NCBI GenBank assembly: GCA_030613785.1
Contig: JAUWLF010000007.1
Span: forward strand, 4,191 to 68,190
Direction: 5' to 3'
DNA: 64,000 bases
Source: Chloroflexota bacterium
GTDB taxonomy: Bacteria; Chloroflexota; Anaerolineae; UBA7937; B3-Chlor
Notes under the pieces: generated by a model
The model's input: only the letters and a program-made list of their open reading frames with translations
What the model was told of the DNA's origin: nothing
The model's database searches: none
Program-made: the position numbers and the translations under genes
Shown here: positions 9,798-19,850 of the stretch, piece by piece
Position numbering within the stretch: position 1 is the stretch's first letter
How the letters are laid out: every line of letters begins with the position of its first letter

Positions 9798-9932
9798 GTC
9801 CGTGGCAGGTGCTCCGACACTTCGTCGCAGTCCTGTGAGTGCGCTCCCTGAGCGAGGACGGCGGCATAGGGGCGGCCGGGGGAACTGTCCTTTGCACGAC
9901 GAAGTCACTTGATCTGTCTGCCAAACTGGACG
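9798..9932 (+). ncRNA. Candidate structured 5' leader (cis-regulatory RNA)
   Basis: Nested complementarities GTCC/GGAC, TGGCAG/CTGCCA, ACTTCGTCG/CGACGAAGT and inner hairpins, starting at the predicted TSS. Confidence 0.4.
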
Positions 9933-9979
9933 AGCCACTTGGCCTCGGGGGGTCGAAAGACAGCATGGAGGGTGTGACC

Positions 9980-11581
9980 ATGAAGGAGAAGAAGGTCCGA
10001 GATGTGGTTCTCGAATCCGGCATTTCCGTGAAGCCGATCTATGGCCCTGAGGATGTGGCTGACATAGACTACCTCAGGGACATCGGGGAGCCAGGTACCT
10101 ATCCTTTCACCCGCGGCATCCACAAGTACATGTACAGGTATCGTCCCTGGACCATGCGCCAGTACGCTGGCTTTGGAACCCCTCAGGAGAGCAATCAGCG
10201 TTTCAGGTATCTCATTGAGCACGGACAGAACGCCCTCAATGTGGCTTTCGATCTACCCTCTCAAATGGGTCTAGATTCCGACGATCCCCTTGCCTGGGGT
10301 GAAGTGGGCCGGGTGGGGATGGCGGTGGACACCCTGCATGACATGGCGATGGCCTTCGAAGGCATCCCCGTGGACAAGATCAGCGTCAGCCTGACCATCA
10401 ACGGCGTGGCCGCCATCATGATGGCCATGTACTTCGTGGTGGCTGAGACGCAGGGGGTGCCTCTGAACAAGTTGAGGGGCACGGCTCAAAATGACATCCT
10501 CAAGGAGTACATTGGGCGGGGAACCTGGATTTTTCCGGTGGAGCCCTCCATTCGTCTCATTGGCGACACCATCGAGTTCTGCGCGGAAAACGTGCCCTAC
10601 TACTATCCCGTCAGCGTGTGCGGATATCACATCCGTGAGTCGGGAGCCAATCCGGTTCAGGAGATCGCGTATGCTTATGCCATCGCCTCGGCCTATGTCG
10701 AGCACGTGCGGGAACGGGGCGTGGATGTGGATGACTTCGTGGCTCGTCTTTCCTTCAATTTCGACATCTGGGGCAACATCTTCGAACAGGTGGCCAAGTT
10801 CCGCGCCGCACGTCGTCTGTGGGCCAAGATAGTACGGGAGAGGTTCGGAGCTACCAATCCCAAGGCCATGCAGATGAAGATGATCGCCGGGGGTGGCGGT
10901 GGGGGCCTGACTATCGAGCAGCCTGAGAACAACATCGTGCGCGGCGCTTACTATGCTCTCGTGTCGGCCCTTAGTGGCACCCAGACGATGGCTTTGTGTA
11001 CTTATGACGAAGCTTACACCATACCGACGGAGAAAGCAGCCCTCATCGGCCTCCGCACTATGCAACTCCTGGTGGAGGAGATGGGGGTGTGTGACACGGT
11101 GGATCCCCTGGCCGGCTCGTACTACATCGAGCGCCTGACCGCTGACCTAGAGGAGAAGATCGTGGCAGAGATGGAGAAGGTGGAGCAAATGGGGGGCATC
11201 GTCAAAGCAATCAGTGAGGGCCACATCCAGCGTGAGGTTGCGCGCCAAGCATACCTCTATGAGCAGGCCATCCAGAAAGGGGAGATCGTCAAGGTCGGCG
11301 TGAACAAGTACCGTATCGAGGAAGAGGAGCGGGATGTCGAACTCCACGAATATAAGCCAGAGCAAGCGGAGGAGAAGCTTCGGCGCTTGAACGAGATCAG
11401 GTCTCAGCGCGATGGGGCCAAAGTGATTGAGGCTTTGGAGAACGTGCGTCGAGCGGCTGAAGGAACAGACAACCTGATGCCGTACATCATGGAAGCCGTG
11501 CGGGCCTATGCCACCGTCGGGGAGATGACGCAGGTTCTCAAGGATGTTTTCGGCGAGTTTAGGGAGCCGGTCGGGCTATGA
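9980..11581 (+). CDS. B12-dependent acyl-CoA mutase, large substrate-binding subunit (MCM family, atypical active site)
   Basis: PFTRG, WTMRQYAGFG, GTAQNDILKE, GYHIRE and DPLAGSYYIE; no B12 domain (separate gene at 34908). Confidence 0.92.
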   Translation: MKEKKVRDVVLESGISVKPIYGPEDVADIDYLRDIGEPGTYPFTRGIHKYMYRYRPWTMRQYAGFGTPQESNQRFRYLIEHGQNALNVAFDLPSQMGLDSDDPLAWGEVGRVGMAVDTLHDMAMAFEGIPVDKISVSLTINGVAAIMMAMYFVVAETQGVPLNKLRGTAQNDILKEYIGRGTWIFPVEPSIRLIGDTIEFCAENVPYYYPVSVCGYHIRESGANPVQEIAYAYAIASAYVEHVRERGVDVDDFVARLSFNFDIWGNIFEQVAKFRAARRLWAKIVRERFGATNPKAMQMKMIAGGGGGGLTIEQPENNIVRGAYYALVSALSGTQTMALCTYDEAYTIPTEKAALIGLRTMQLLVEEMGVCDTVDPLAGSYYIERLTADLEEKIVAEMEKVEQMGGIVKAISEGHIQREVARQAYLYEQAIQKGEIVKVGVNKYRIEEEERDVELHEYKPEQAEEKLRRLNEIRSQRDGAKVIEALENVRRAAEGTDNLMPYIMEAVRAYATVGEMTQVLKDVFGEFREPVGL

Positions 11582-11596
11582 ATTGGCGAGGTCAGC

Positions 11597-12827
11597 TTGG
11601 ACCAAGCCAGTTCACCGATAAGAGAGGGGGCTGACAGACTGTTGCTGTCAGGAGTACGCATCGTGGACCTGACCCACATGCTCGCGGGGCCGTTCGGGTC
11701 CATGCTGTTGGCTGACCTCGTAGCAGAGGTCAGCAAGATCGAGAATCCTCAAGGAGGGGATCCGACCAGACGGGTAGGGCCGCCGTTCGTCGAAGGAGAG
11801 AGCGGCTATTTCATGAGCATCAACCGCAACAAGCGGAGCGCGGCGCTGGATCTTCGCCAGACTCAAGGCCGCCAGGTTCTCCACGATCTGGTGAAGGTCT
11901 CGGATGTGGTATTCAATAACTTCCGGCCTGGCACGATGGAGAAGCTGGGATGCGGGTACGACGTTCTTGAGGAGATTAGCCCCCGGCTCATCTACTGTTC
12001 CCTCACAGGCTTTGCCGAAACGGGACCATACAGAGATCGTCCTGCGTTCGACCTGGCCATTCAGGCTATCAGCGGGGCAATGAGTATCACTGGTGAGCCT
12101 GACCGCCCACCCGTGCGCATGGGTGTCCCATTGGGGGACTTGAGTGGCAGCTTGTTCTGCGCTTTCGCCATCTCCGCAGTTCTCTACGCGAGGGAGAAGT
12201 CAGGTGCCGGTCGCAGGATTGACGTTGCTCTGATGGATTGCATGATCTCATTGCTGACCTACGTGGGCCAGTATCACCTGATCGATGGACAGGTTCCAGG
12301 TCCCATCGGCTCCGCCCACCAGTCGGTGGTGCCGTATCAAGCCTTTGCGACCAAGGACACATACGTCGTGGTCGCCATCTTCGTGGAGAAGTTCTGGCAC
12401 GCCTTCTGCCAGGTCTTGGGAGTCGAGGAACTGGCCGCCGATCCCCGTTTCGCCCACGGCGATCGGCGCGCTGAAAACCGGCATGAGTTGATACCCATCT
12501 TGGAGGAGATCCTACGCAGCAAACGTGGCGATGAGTGGCTCGAACTGTTGGCCGAGGTGGGGGTGCCTTGCAGTCCGATCAACACTTTGGACCGCGTCTT
12601 CTCGGAGCCGCAGGTGGCTGCCCGCAACATGGTGGTGGAGGTGGATCACCCGACAGTTGGCCGTCTGCCCTCCATAGGGAATCCCGTGAAGACGTCTCCA
12701 CAGGGTGAGGCACCCTTCCGACCCGCGCCCCCTGTGTGGCGAGCACACTGACGAAGTGTTGAGGGAGATCTTGCGATATTCGCCCAGCCGGATCGCAGCA
12801 CTGCGTGACAAGGGCGTCATCGGCTAG
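11597..12827 (+). CDS. Class III CoA-transferase (CaiB/BaiF), frameshifted near the C-terminus
   Basis: DLTHMLAGP, NRNKRS, NFRPG, catalytic Asp in GVPLGD; conserved tail GEHTDEVLRE...KGVIG* lies in another frame after ~12736. Confidence 0.85.
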
Positions 12828-12917
12828 GCACGTGGTTTCACTGGCGAACTCGATGGAAAGTCATCTCTCACCCGCCCAAGGAGGGAGATGCAGTCACGGA
12901 CTGGAGGATGGAGAAGT

Positions 12918-14972
12918 ATGCGTATCGGTATTGACGTTGGAGGGACCTTCACGGACATCGTACTCATAGATGATGCCACCAGAGAGGTACACTACACCAA
13001 GGTGCTGACCACTCACGATGACCTGGCCAGGGGTGTCATCGCTGGCATCGACAAGATGCTGGAGATGGTGGGCGCCACTTTCGACAAGGTAGACTACACG
13101 GTGCATGGTACGACGATTGGCACCAACGCTCTCATCGAGCGGAAGGGAGCACGTACAGGACTGATCACTACGCAGGGCATGAGGGACGTCTTGGAGATAG
13201 GTCGCATCGAGCGGCCCGCTGCGGGTCTGTATGATATCTTCGTTGACACCCCGCTGCCTCTTGTGCCGCGATACCTGCGTGTGGATGTCGAGGAGCGGGT
13301 CGGGGTAGACGGGGAGGTGGTCGTTGCCCTTGACGAGGAATCGGCTCGCGAGGCGGTGCGCTTCCTCAAGGACCAGGCGGTGGAATCCATAGCCATCTCT
13401 TTTCTCTTCAGCTTTCGGAACCCCACACACGAGGAGCGAGTGCGGGAGTTCTGCCAGAGCATGTTCCCGGAGGCAGCCGTTTCCATATCCTCCGAGATCG
13501 CCCCCGAGTTCCGTGAATTTGAGCGTACTTCCACCACGGTCATCAACGCGTATCTGGCTCCGGTCGTTGAATACTATCTGGACAATCTAGAGGGACAACT
13601 TCAAGACCGGTACGGGGACGTAGACCTGCGTATCATGCAAGCCAGCGGTGGCTCCATGACCACGGAGATGGCCAAGCATCGAGCGGTCAACATCGTCAAC
13701 TCAGGTCCTGCTGGCGGGGCACTGGCGGCTGCCTATGTGGGGCGACTGACGGGCGACGACCAGGTCATCAGCGTGGACATGGGTGGCACGAGTTTCGATG
13801 TGGGTGTGATAGACCGTGGCGAACCTCGCGTAGCGCCCGAAAGCCAGTTTGAGGGTTTCCCCGTCAAGATACCCATCCTCGACGTGCAGGCCATCGGCGC
13901 GGGTGGCGGGAGCCTGGCGTGGATCGACGAGGGTGGCGCTCTGAATGTAGGGCCTGAGAGCGCCGGGTCGGAGCCTGGACCAGCTTGCTATGGATTGAGT
14001 GGAGAGCAACCGACGGTCACCGACGCAAACCTGGTGTTGGGCCGGCTCAATCCCGAGTACTTCCTGGGCGGGGAGATGAAGCTATATCCGGAGTTGGCTG
14101 AGGCGGCCATCGTGCAGCACGTGTCCGAACCGTTGGGGGTATCTCTTGAAGAGGCGGCGAGTGGAATAATCCGCGTGGTCAACGCCAATATGGAGAGGGC
14201 CATCAGCGTGAATTCGACTGAGAAGGGCTTCGATGTCCGGGAGTTCGCTCTGCTCCCCTTCGGAGGCGCAGGGCCGCTACACGCCGTAGAATTGGCACAG
14301 GACTTGGACATGAAAAGGGTGGTTGTCCCTCCCTACGCGGGCACTTTCTCCGCAGTCGGACTTCTGGTGGCGAACACGCGCTACGACTATGCTTCCACAG
14401 TGGCCAAGAGCGAGAAGGAGCTGACGCCTGAGGAACTGCTCAGGAGGTTCAAGGAACTGGAGACTGAGGGCCGGGCTCAACTGAAGGCCCAAAACGTAGC
14501 TGAGGATCAGATCGAGATTCTCTGGTCTGCCGATTTGCGGTATGAGGGCCAATCCTATGAGCTCAGCACACCGGTGAAGCGCAGCGAGGTTCTCACACAG
14601 TCCGACATCAGAGAAATCGTGAGCCTTTTCCACGACATGCACCACCGCATCTACGCCTATGGCTCGGTGGATGAGATCGTCGAGTTCATCAACTTGAGAG
14701 TGGCGGCCATAGGCAAAGTGCCTGAGGTGTCACTGGCGCACAGCGGGGCCACAGGAGGTGACGCTGGAATTGCACGAAAGGACACTCGTCCGGTTCATTT
14801 CCTCAAGGAGGGCTTCATCGACACGGCGATCTACGACCGCGCTCTGCTCCGGCCAGGGCACGTGGTCACCGGCCCGGCTTTGATCGAGGAGATAGCGTCG
14901 ACCACGGTCATTGCTCCAGGCTCCGAGGGAACGGTAGACGAGTTTGGTAATATCATCATCCCTCTGTCATAG
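12918..14972 (+). CDS. ATP-dependent hydantoinase/oxoprolinase subunit A (HyuA-like)
   Basis: IDVGGTFTD, HGTT, SGPAGG, DMGGTSFD, GAGGGS, PTVTDAN and FGGAGPLH. Confidence 0.93.
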   Translation: MRIGIDVGGTFTDIVLIDDATREVHYTKVLTTHDDLARGVIAGIDKMLEMVGATFDKVDYTVHGTTIGTNALIERKGARTGLITTQGMRDVLEIGRIERPAAGLYDIFVDTPLPLVPRYLRVDVEERVGVDGEVVVALDEESAREAVRFLKDQAVESIAISFLFSFRNPTHEERVREFCQSMFPEAAVSISSEIAPEFREFERTSTTVINAYLAPVVEYYLDNLEGQLQDRYGDVDLRIMQASGGSMTTEMAKHRAVNIVNSGPAGGALAAAYVGRLTGDDQVISVDMGGTSFDVGVIDRGEPRVAPESQFEGFPVKIPILDVQAIGAGGGSLAWIDEGGALNVGPESAGSEPGPACYGLSGEQPTVTDANLVLGRLNPEYFLGGEMKLYPELAEAAIVQHVSEPLGVSLEEAASGIIRVVNANMERAISVNSTEKGFDVREFALLPFGGAGPLHAVELAQDLDMKRVVVPPYAGTFSAVGLLVANTRYDYASTVAKSEKELTPEELLRRFKELETEGRAQLKAQNVAEDQIEILWSADLRYEGQSYELSTPVKRSEVLTQSDIREIVSLFHDMHHRIYAYGSVDEIVEFINLRVAAIGKVPEVSLAHSGATGGDAGIARKDTRPVHFLKEGFIDTAIYDRALLRPGHVVTGPALIEEIASTTVIAPGSEGTVDEFGNIIIPLS

Positions 14973-15010
14973 GCAGAGAGCGAGTCAATTCTCAATCCAG
15001 GAGGTATTCC

Positions 15011-16729
15011 ATGGCTTACAAGGCTGATTCCATTACCATGCAGGTTATCCGCTATGCCATGGAGCAGGCGGCTGATGAGATGGGCCGAACACTAGTCCGC
15101 ACGGCACGCTCGACGGTCATCAAGGAGATCGAGGATATGACGTGCTCCGTCTTCGACCGTTACGGCAATACCATCGCCCAGGCTCACCATGCTCCTATGC
15201 TTCTCACGGGGTTTGAACTTGGGATGCGCGCCCTTGTCGGGAAGTACAAGCCTGAGGATCTCGACCCCGGTGACATGATCATGTTCAACGATCCTTATGC
15301 CGGCGGCCAGCACGTCATGGATATGGTGACCTTTGCGCCGGCCCACTACGACGGGGAGTTGATCGGCTTCGCTGGTAGCATCGCGCATCACTCAGACATG
15401 GGCGGCGCGGTGCCCGGGGGAACGGCCGGCGGACTGACTGAGATCTATCTCGAGGGCCTACGTTTTCCGATGGTCAAGCTGTACAAGAAAGGTGAGGAGG
15501 ACCCTGAACTCTTCGGCATCCTGGAGAACAACATCCGCGTTCCAGACAAGACACTGGGGGACATCCGCGCGCAGGCCTCAGCCGACTTCGTAGGCGTGCA
15601 GAGGCTGCGGGACATTTTTGAGAAGTACGGGGTCGAGGTAGTGCAGAAGTGTCAGGAGATGCTGCTGGACTATTCGGAGAGCCGCATCCGGGCCGGGTTG
15701 AGGAAGATCGCCGACGGCACATACAGCGGTGTGGACTGGATTGACGACGATGGTCAGACTGACGAGCCGATCAGGCTTCAAGTGAATATCCACAAGAAGG
15801 GCGATGAAGTCGCTGTTGATTTCGACGGCACGGCCAAGCAGGTGAAGGGCAATATCAACTGCCCCATAGCCACGGTCCACGCCGCTGTGTACTACGCCCT
15901 CATCGCCGTGATCGATCCCCACGTGCCGCCGAACTCAGGCTGCTATCGCCCTTTCACCGTCGAGGCTGAGGAGGGGCTCATCGTCAACCCACGGATGCCT
16001 GCCGCGGTGGGTGCCCGAACCAATACGTCACAGAAAATCGCTGAGGCGATGATGCTGGCGCTGTCCGAGGTTGTCCCTGATCGTGTTCAAGCCGGCTGTC
16101 ACGGTCAGATTACCAACTGCGGATTCAGCGGCTACCACCCAAGATCGGGAAAGCGCTTCGTCTTCATCGACATCCAGGGTGGTGGCGCAGGTGCTCGACC
16201 CACCAAGGATGGTCGGGATGGTCAGGACTCGCATCTAGCGCGCTTCAAGAACACGCCCATCGAGGCCGTCGAGATGGAGTACCCTGTACGTATCCTGAAA
16301 TACGAGTTCATTGCCGACTCAGGGGGAGCGGGCAAGTACAGGGGAGGCTTGGCCGTACGCCGAGACATCGAGGTGCTCACAGATGACATGTCACTGGCTC
16401 GATATGGCGACCGTCAACGCTTCGGCGCCTTCGGCCTGTTTGGCGGCAAGGAGGGGAGCAAGGGCAAGTTCATACTCAACCCTGACACGCCCGAGGAACG
16501 CCAGCTCAAGTCCAAGGGGCTGGATGTCCTCAACAGCGGAGACGTCGTGAGCCTCCGATTGCCAGGTGCCGGGGGCTACGGCGATCCCCTGGAACGTGAC
16601 CCGGAACTGCTCCTGCAAGATGTCAGAGATGGGAAGGTGACCCTGGAAAGCGCACGGGACGATTACAAGGTGGTCATAGATCCGGACACTTGGCAGATAG
16701 ATGAAGAGGCGACCAAGAAGCTCAGGTGA
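15011..16729 (+). CDS. ATP-dependent hydantoinase/oxoprolinase subunit B (HyuB-like)
   Basis: NDPYAGGQH, AHHSDMGG, EGLRFP, NTPIEAVE and DSGGAGKYRGG. Confidence 0.93.
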   Translation: MAYKADSITMQVIRYAMEQAADEMGRTLVRTARSTVIKEIEDMTCSVFDRYGNTIAQAHHAPMLLTGFELGMRALVGKYKPEDLDPGDMIMFNDPYAGGQHVMDMVTFAPAHYDGELIGFAGSIAHHSDMGGAVPGGTAGGLTEIYLEGLRFPMVKLYKKGEEDPELFGILENNIRVPDKTLGDIRAQASADFVGVQRLRDIFEKYGVEVVQKCQEMLLDYSESRIRAGLRKIADGTYSGVDWIDDDGQTDEPIRLQVNIHKKGDEVAVDFDGTAKQVKGNINCPIATVHAAVYYALIAVIDPHVPPNSGCYRPFTVEAEEGLIVNPRMPAAVGARTNTSQKIAEAMMLALSEVVPDRVQAGCHGQITNCGFSGYHPRSGKRFVFIDIQGGGAGARPTKDGRDGQDSHLARFKNTPIEAVEMEYPVRILKYEFIADSGGAGKYRGGLAVRRDIEVLTDDMSLARYGDRQRFGAFGLFGGKEGSKGKFILNPDTPEERQLKSKGLDVLNSGDVVSLRLPGAGGYGDPLERDPELLLQDVRDGKVTLESARDDYKVVIDPDTWQIDEEATKKLR

Positions 16730-16738
16730 CGAGGAAGC

Positions 16739-17242
16739 ATGGAGAACTCGATCCTGGACAGCCTGGAATACGATGCGGAGGAAGGGCGTATCACCTTCAA
16801 AGACGTGCGTTACATGGTCATCCGGCCCGATACGGTGGTGGACTTTCAGAAGGCGGTGGAGGCCCAGGTCGGTGAAGGAGCGGCCGAGATGATGATGGCC
16901 GGCGGTTACACGGGCGGGTCCCGCTCGTCGAGGAGGTACAAGCAGGTCTTCGAATACTCCGACGAGGAGACAGTCGCCTTCATGTGTAAGATGGGAGGCG
17001 AGATCGGCTGGGGTAGATTCGAGGTTGAGAAGCTGGACGTGGTTGGCAAGGAGTTAGTGATCACAGTCAGAAACTCCCCCTTTGCCGAGGCATACGGCAG
17101 GTCGGACAAGGGTGTCTGCCACATGATTCGCGGTGTGATGGCCGGGATGGCGGCCGGCATCTTCGGGAGTGACATCAACTCGGAGGAAACTCTGTGCGTG
17201 GCCAAGGGGGACGCATTGTGCCGCTTCGTGCTCAGAGGATGA
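16739..17242 (+). CDS. Stand-alone V4R-domain protein (predicted small-aromatic/hydrocarbon binding)
   Basis: GWGRF, NSPFA, VCH..RG and EETLCVAKGDALCRF pattern. Confidence 0.82.
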   Translation: MENSILDSLEYDAEEGRITFKDVRYMVIRPDTVVDFQKAVEAQVGEGAAEMMMAGGYTGGSRSSRRYKQVFEYSDEETVAFMCKMGGEIGWGRFEVEKLDVVGKELVITVRNSPFAEAYGRSDKGVCHMIRGVMAGMAAGIFGSDINSEETLCVAKGDALCRFVLRG

Positions 17243-17289
17243 AGTTCGTACCGCTCATGGCGAAGCGGCGGCTGCGCGAGTGTTGAGAC

Positions 17290-17318
17290 TTGCTCGACGC
17301 GCCTTCTGATGGTATAAT
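17290..17318 (+). promoter_or_regulatory. Internal sigma70 promoter with extended -10, upstream of trpB2
   Basis: TTGCTC-17-TATAAT with TG at -15/-14. Confidence 0.65.
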
Positions 17319-17513
17319 TACCAGCGTCTTGCCAGTCGGGTACTGACCATCAGAGTAGATGAAAGGGGGTGATGTCTATCGATCGACGACGGTGGAAGCT
17401 TCTTTTCATCAGACCTCAGCCCGAGCTTCAGGGGGTCCCCATCCGCAGCTAGTCCTCAGGATAGACCGAGATGCTCCTGGAGTCTCCAAGTGCAACGCAA
17501 AGGAGAGAGAACG

Positions 17514-18884
17514 ATGGAACAGACCAAGTTCATGTTGGGGGAGGAGGATATCCCCACCCACTGGTACAACATTCAGGCGGATCTGCCTGAGCCCTTGCCC
17601 CCGATCATTCACCCGGGCAGGATGGACCCCGTGACACCAGACGACCTGGCTCCTATCTTCGCCATGGAGCTGATCAAGCAGGAAGTGAGCCAAGAGCGGT
17701 GGATAGAGATCCCAGAGCCGGTGCGCGATGTCTACAAGCTGTGGCGTCCTACCCCCCTCTATCGGGCCCGTCGTTGGGAGCAGGCACTGGGCACGCCTGC
17801 CCGTATCTACTACAAGTGGGAGGGGGTGAGCCCTCCAGGTAGCCATAAGCCCAACACGGCGGTGGCGCAAGCCTATTACAACAAAATGGAGGGTCAAACC
17901 CGCATCACCACCGAGACGGGCGCCGGGCAGTGGGGCAGCGCCCTGTCGTTTGCCTGCAATCTCTTCGACATGGAATGCAAGGTGTACATGGTGGGGATCA
18001 GTTACGACCAGAAGCCCTATCGGAAGAGCATGATTGAGGCCTGGGGCGCTACAATCGTGCGCAGCCCCAGTCTGGAGACCTCCGTCGGGAAGAAGTATCT
18101 GGAAGAAGTTCCCGGGCACACAGGCAGCCTCGGGCTAGCCATAAGCGAGGGGGTGGAGGACGCTGTGACCCACGAGGGCAGCAAGTACGCCCTGGGCAGC
18201 GTCCTCAACCATGTCCTACTGCACCAGACGGTCATCGGGCAGGAGATGAAGAAGCAGTTCGAGTTGGCGGATGACTATCCGGACATGCTGATCGGCTGCA
18301 TCGGTGGCGGCAGCAGCATGGCCGGCTTCTCACTGCCGTGGGTCACGGACAAGATCAAGGATGGGAAAGACCTCCAGTTCATCTGTGTGGAGCCCATGGC
18401 CTCGCCGTCCGTGACCAAGGGGTTGTACAAGTTTGACTTCGGCGATGCGGCCGCAACGACGCCGCTGATGAAGATGTACACCCTGGGCCACAGCTTCATC
18501 CCCGCCCCTATCCACGCCGGCGGGCTGCGCTACCACGGCATGGCGCCCATCATCTGCCACCTCAACGACCTGGGGATCATGGAAACTCTCGCCTTGCACC
18601 AGGTCCCTGTCTTTGACGCGGCTGTGAGTTTCGCCAAGGCCGAGGGCATCATACCTGCTCCGGAGCCATCCCATGCCATCAAGGTGGCTATGGACGAGGC
18701 CCTCAAGTGCAAGGAGACAGGCGAGGAGAAGGTCATCGCCTTCAACCTGTGCGGACATGGTCACTTTGACATGGCGGCGTACGACACCTACTTTGCCGGC
18801 GACTTGGTGAACTACGAGTATCCCGCGGAGAAGGTCGCAGAGGCGCAGAAGGAACTGCCTGAGGTTCCACCAGAGTATCAGTAG
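17514..18884 (+). CDS. trpB2: TrpB2 tryptophan synthase beta-like PLP enzyme
   Basis: [16 protein letters not shown] (PLP Lys), [25 protein letters not shown] and LCGHGHFD; AAGGAG SD. Confidence 0.95.
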   Translation: MEQTKFMLGEEDIPTHWYNIQADLPEPLPPIIHPGRMDPVTPDDLAPIFAMELIKQEVSQERWIEIPEPVRDVYKLWRPTPLYRARRWEQALGTPARIYYKWEGVSPPGSHKPNTAVAQAYYNKMEGQTRITTETGAGQWGSALSFACNLFDMECKVYMVGISYDQKPYRKSMIEAWGATIVRSPSLETSVGKKYLEEVPGHTGSLGLAISEGVEDAVTHEGSKYALGSVLNHVLLHQTVIGQEMKKQFELADDYPDMLIGCIGGGSSMAGFSLPWVTDKIKDGKDLQFICVEPMASPSVTKGLYKFDFGDAAATTPLMKMYTLGHSFIPAPIHAGGLRYHGMAPIICHLNDLGIMETLALHQVPVFDAAVSFAKAEGIIPAPEPSHAIKVAMDEALKCKETGEEKVIAFNLCGHGHFDMAAYDTYFAGDLVNYEYPAEKVAEAQKELPEVPPEYQ

Positions 18885-18920
18885 AAACGGGAGTTCTGTA
18901 TAGACGCTGCTAGTTAGGCC

Positions 18921-18956
18921 AGGGAAGGACGAGGATCAGCGTCCTTGTCCTTCCCT
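18921..18956 (+). terminator. Strong intergenic hairpin between trpB2 and the serine-kinase-like gene
   Basis: AGGGAAGGACGAGGA-loop-TCCTTGTCCTTCCCT; no clear U-tract, so it may be a stabiliser or partial terminator. Confidence 0.5.
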
Positions 18957-18983
18957 TCCAGCCTGCGAGGCTGACGAGAGCTC

Positions 18984-19808
18984 ATGAAACTTACTGATGT
19001 TGTCCTGCGCGTCGTCCATTCAACAGATGTGATCGGTCACGAGGAGGTAGATCCGAAACGGGTCGAAAGGCTCGCTCAGCGCCTCCAGAGCGATGGCATC
19101 CTCAAGAGCCCGCCGGTGGTGGCAGAGGCTGGAGATCAATACGTCGTCCTGGACGGGGCCACCAGGGTAGCGGCGTTGAGAGAGCTTGGAATACGAGACC
19201 TCCTGGTCCAGATTGTTGACTACCATGCGCCCAACATCCAGTTGCATGCCTGGTTTCATGCGATCATTGGCATGGCCAGGGATGGATTGGTGAAGGGGAT
19301 GGAAGACCTCGAAGGGATCGAGGTCAAGTCGATGGACCTGCAACTAGCCCGTAGGGCGCTATCGCTGCGGAGCATCCTCTCTTACCTGGTTTTGCAGGAC
19401 GGTACTGTCTTGGGCGCCAAGGGAGGGATGAACCTGGAAGCCCAGGTCGCCCTTTTAAACGACATAGTCGATCTCTACAAAGGGCAGGCCGAAGTGTACC
19501 GCGTAATGACTGACGTAGTAGAGGACTTGTTGGAGGAGTACCCGGATCTGACCGCTGTGGTTGTCTTTCCCAGCTACAGTCGTGGGGAGATCATGCGGAC
19601 ATCCCTGAATGGGGCGAAGCTACCCATGGGGGTGACCAGACATACCATCTCTGGCAGAGTGCTGGGGCTCAATGTGGACTTGGTGATGCTGGATTCTGAC
19701 ATACCTTTGGAGCAGAAGAACGTCTGGCTCGACAGCCTGATCAGAAGGAAGATAAAGGATCGGCGGGTCAGGTTTTATCAGGAGCCAGTTTTCAGATTTG
19801 ATGAGTGA
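18984..19808 (+). CDS. ParB/Srx-fold protein, SbnI/SerK-like free L-serine kinase
   Basis: N-terminal GHEE...RVERL...DGILKSPPVV...YVVLDGATR..AL and late LPMGVTRH motif as in SbnI/SerK; no HTH, no parA nearby. Confidence 0.7.
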   Translation: MKLTDVVLRVVHSTDVIGHEEVDPKRVERLAQRLQSDGILKSPPVVAEAGDQYVVLDGATRVAALRELGIRDLLVQIVDYHAPNIQLHAWFHAIIGMARDGLVKGMEDLEGIEVKSMDLQLARRALSLRSILSYLVLQDGTVLGAKGGMNLEAQVALLNDIVDLYKGQAEVYRVMTDVVEDLLEEYPDLTAVVVFPSYSRGEIMRTSLNGAKLPMGVTRHTISGRVLGLNVDLVMLDSDIPLEQKNVWLDSLIRRKIKDRRVRFYQEPVFRFDE

Positions 19809-19850
19809 AGCCGTTGCAGACCCGGCACCGGTGGAGGGTCTCGTCTGCGA

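Noticed and set aside
9798-9932. Cobalamin riboswitch ahead of the B12 mutase
   Set aside because: The conserved GGGAA, GCCCCCGCAACTGT and B12-box elements are not present in the expected order; kept only as an unclassified structured leader.
17325-17513. T-box riboswitch upstream of trpB2
   Set aside because: No GGTGGNACCGCG T-box sequence and no terminator with a U-tract.
18984-19808. Chromosome-partition ParB
   Set aside because: No HTH domain, no parA or parS nearby; motifs and context fit SbnI/SerK better.
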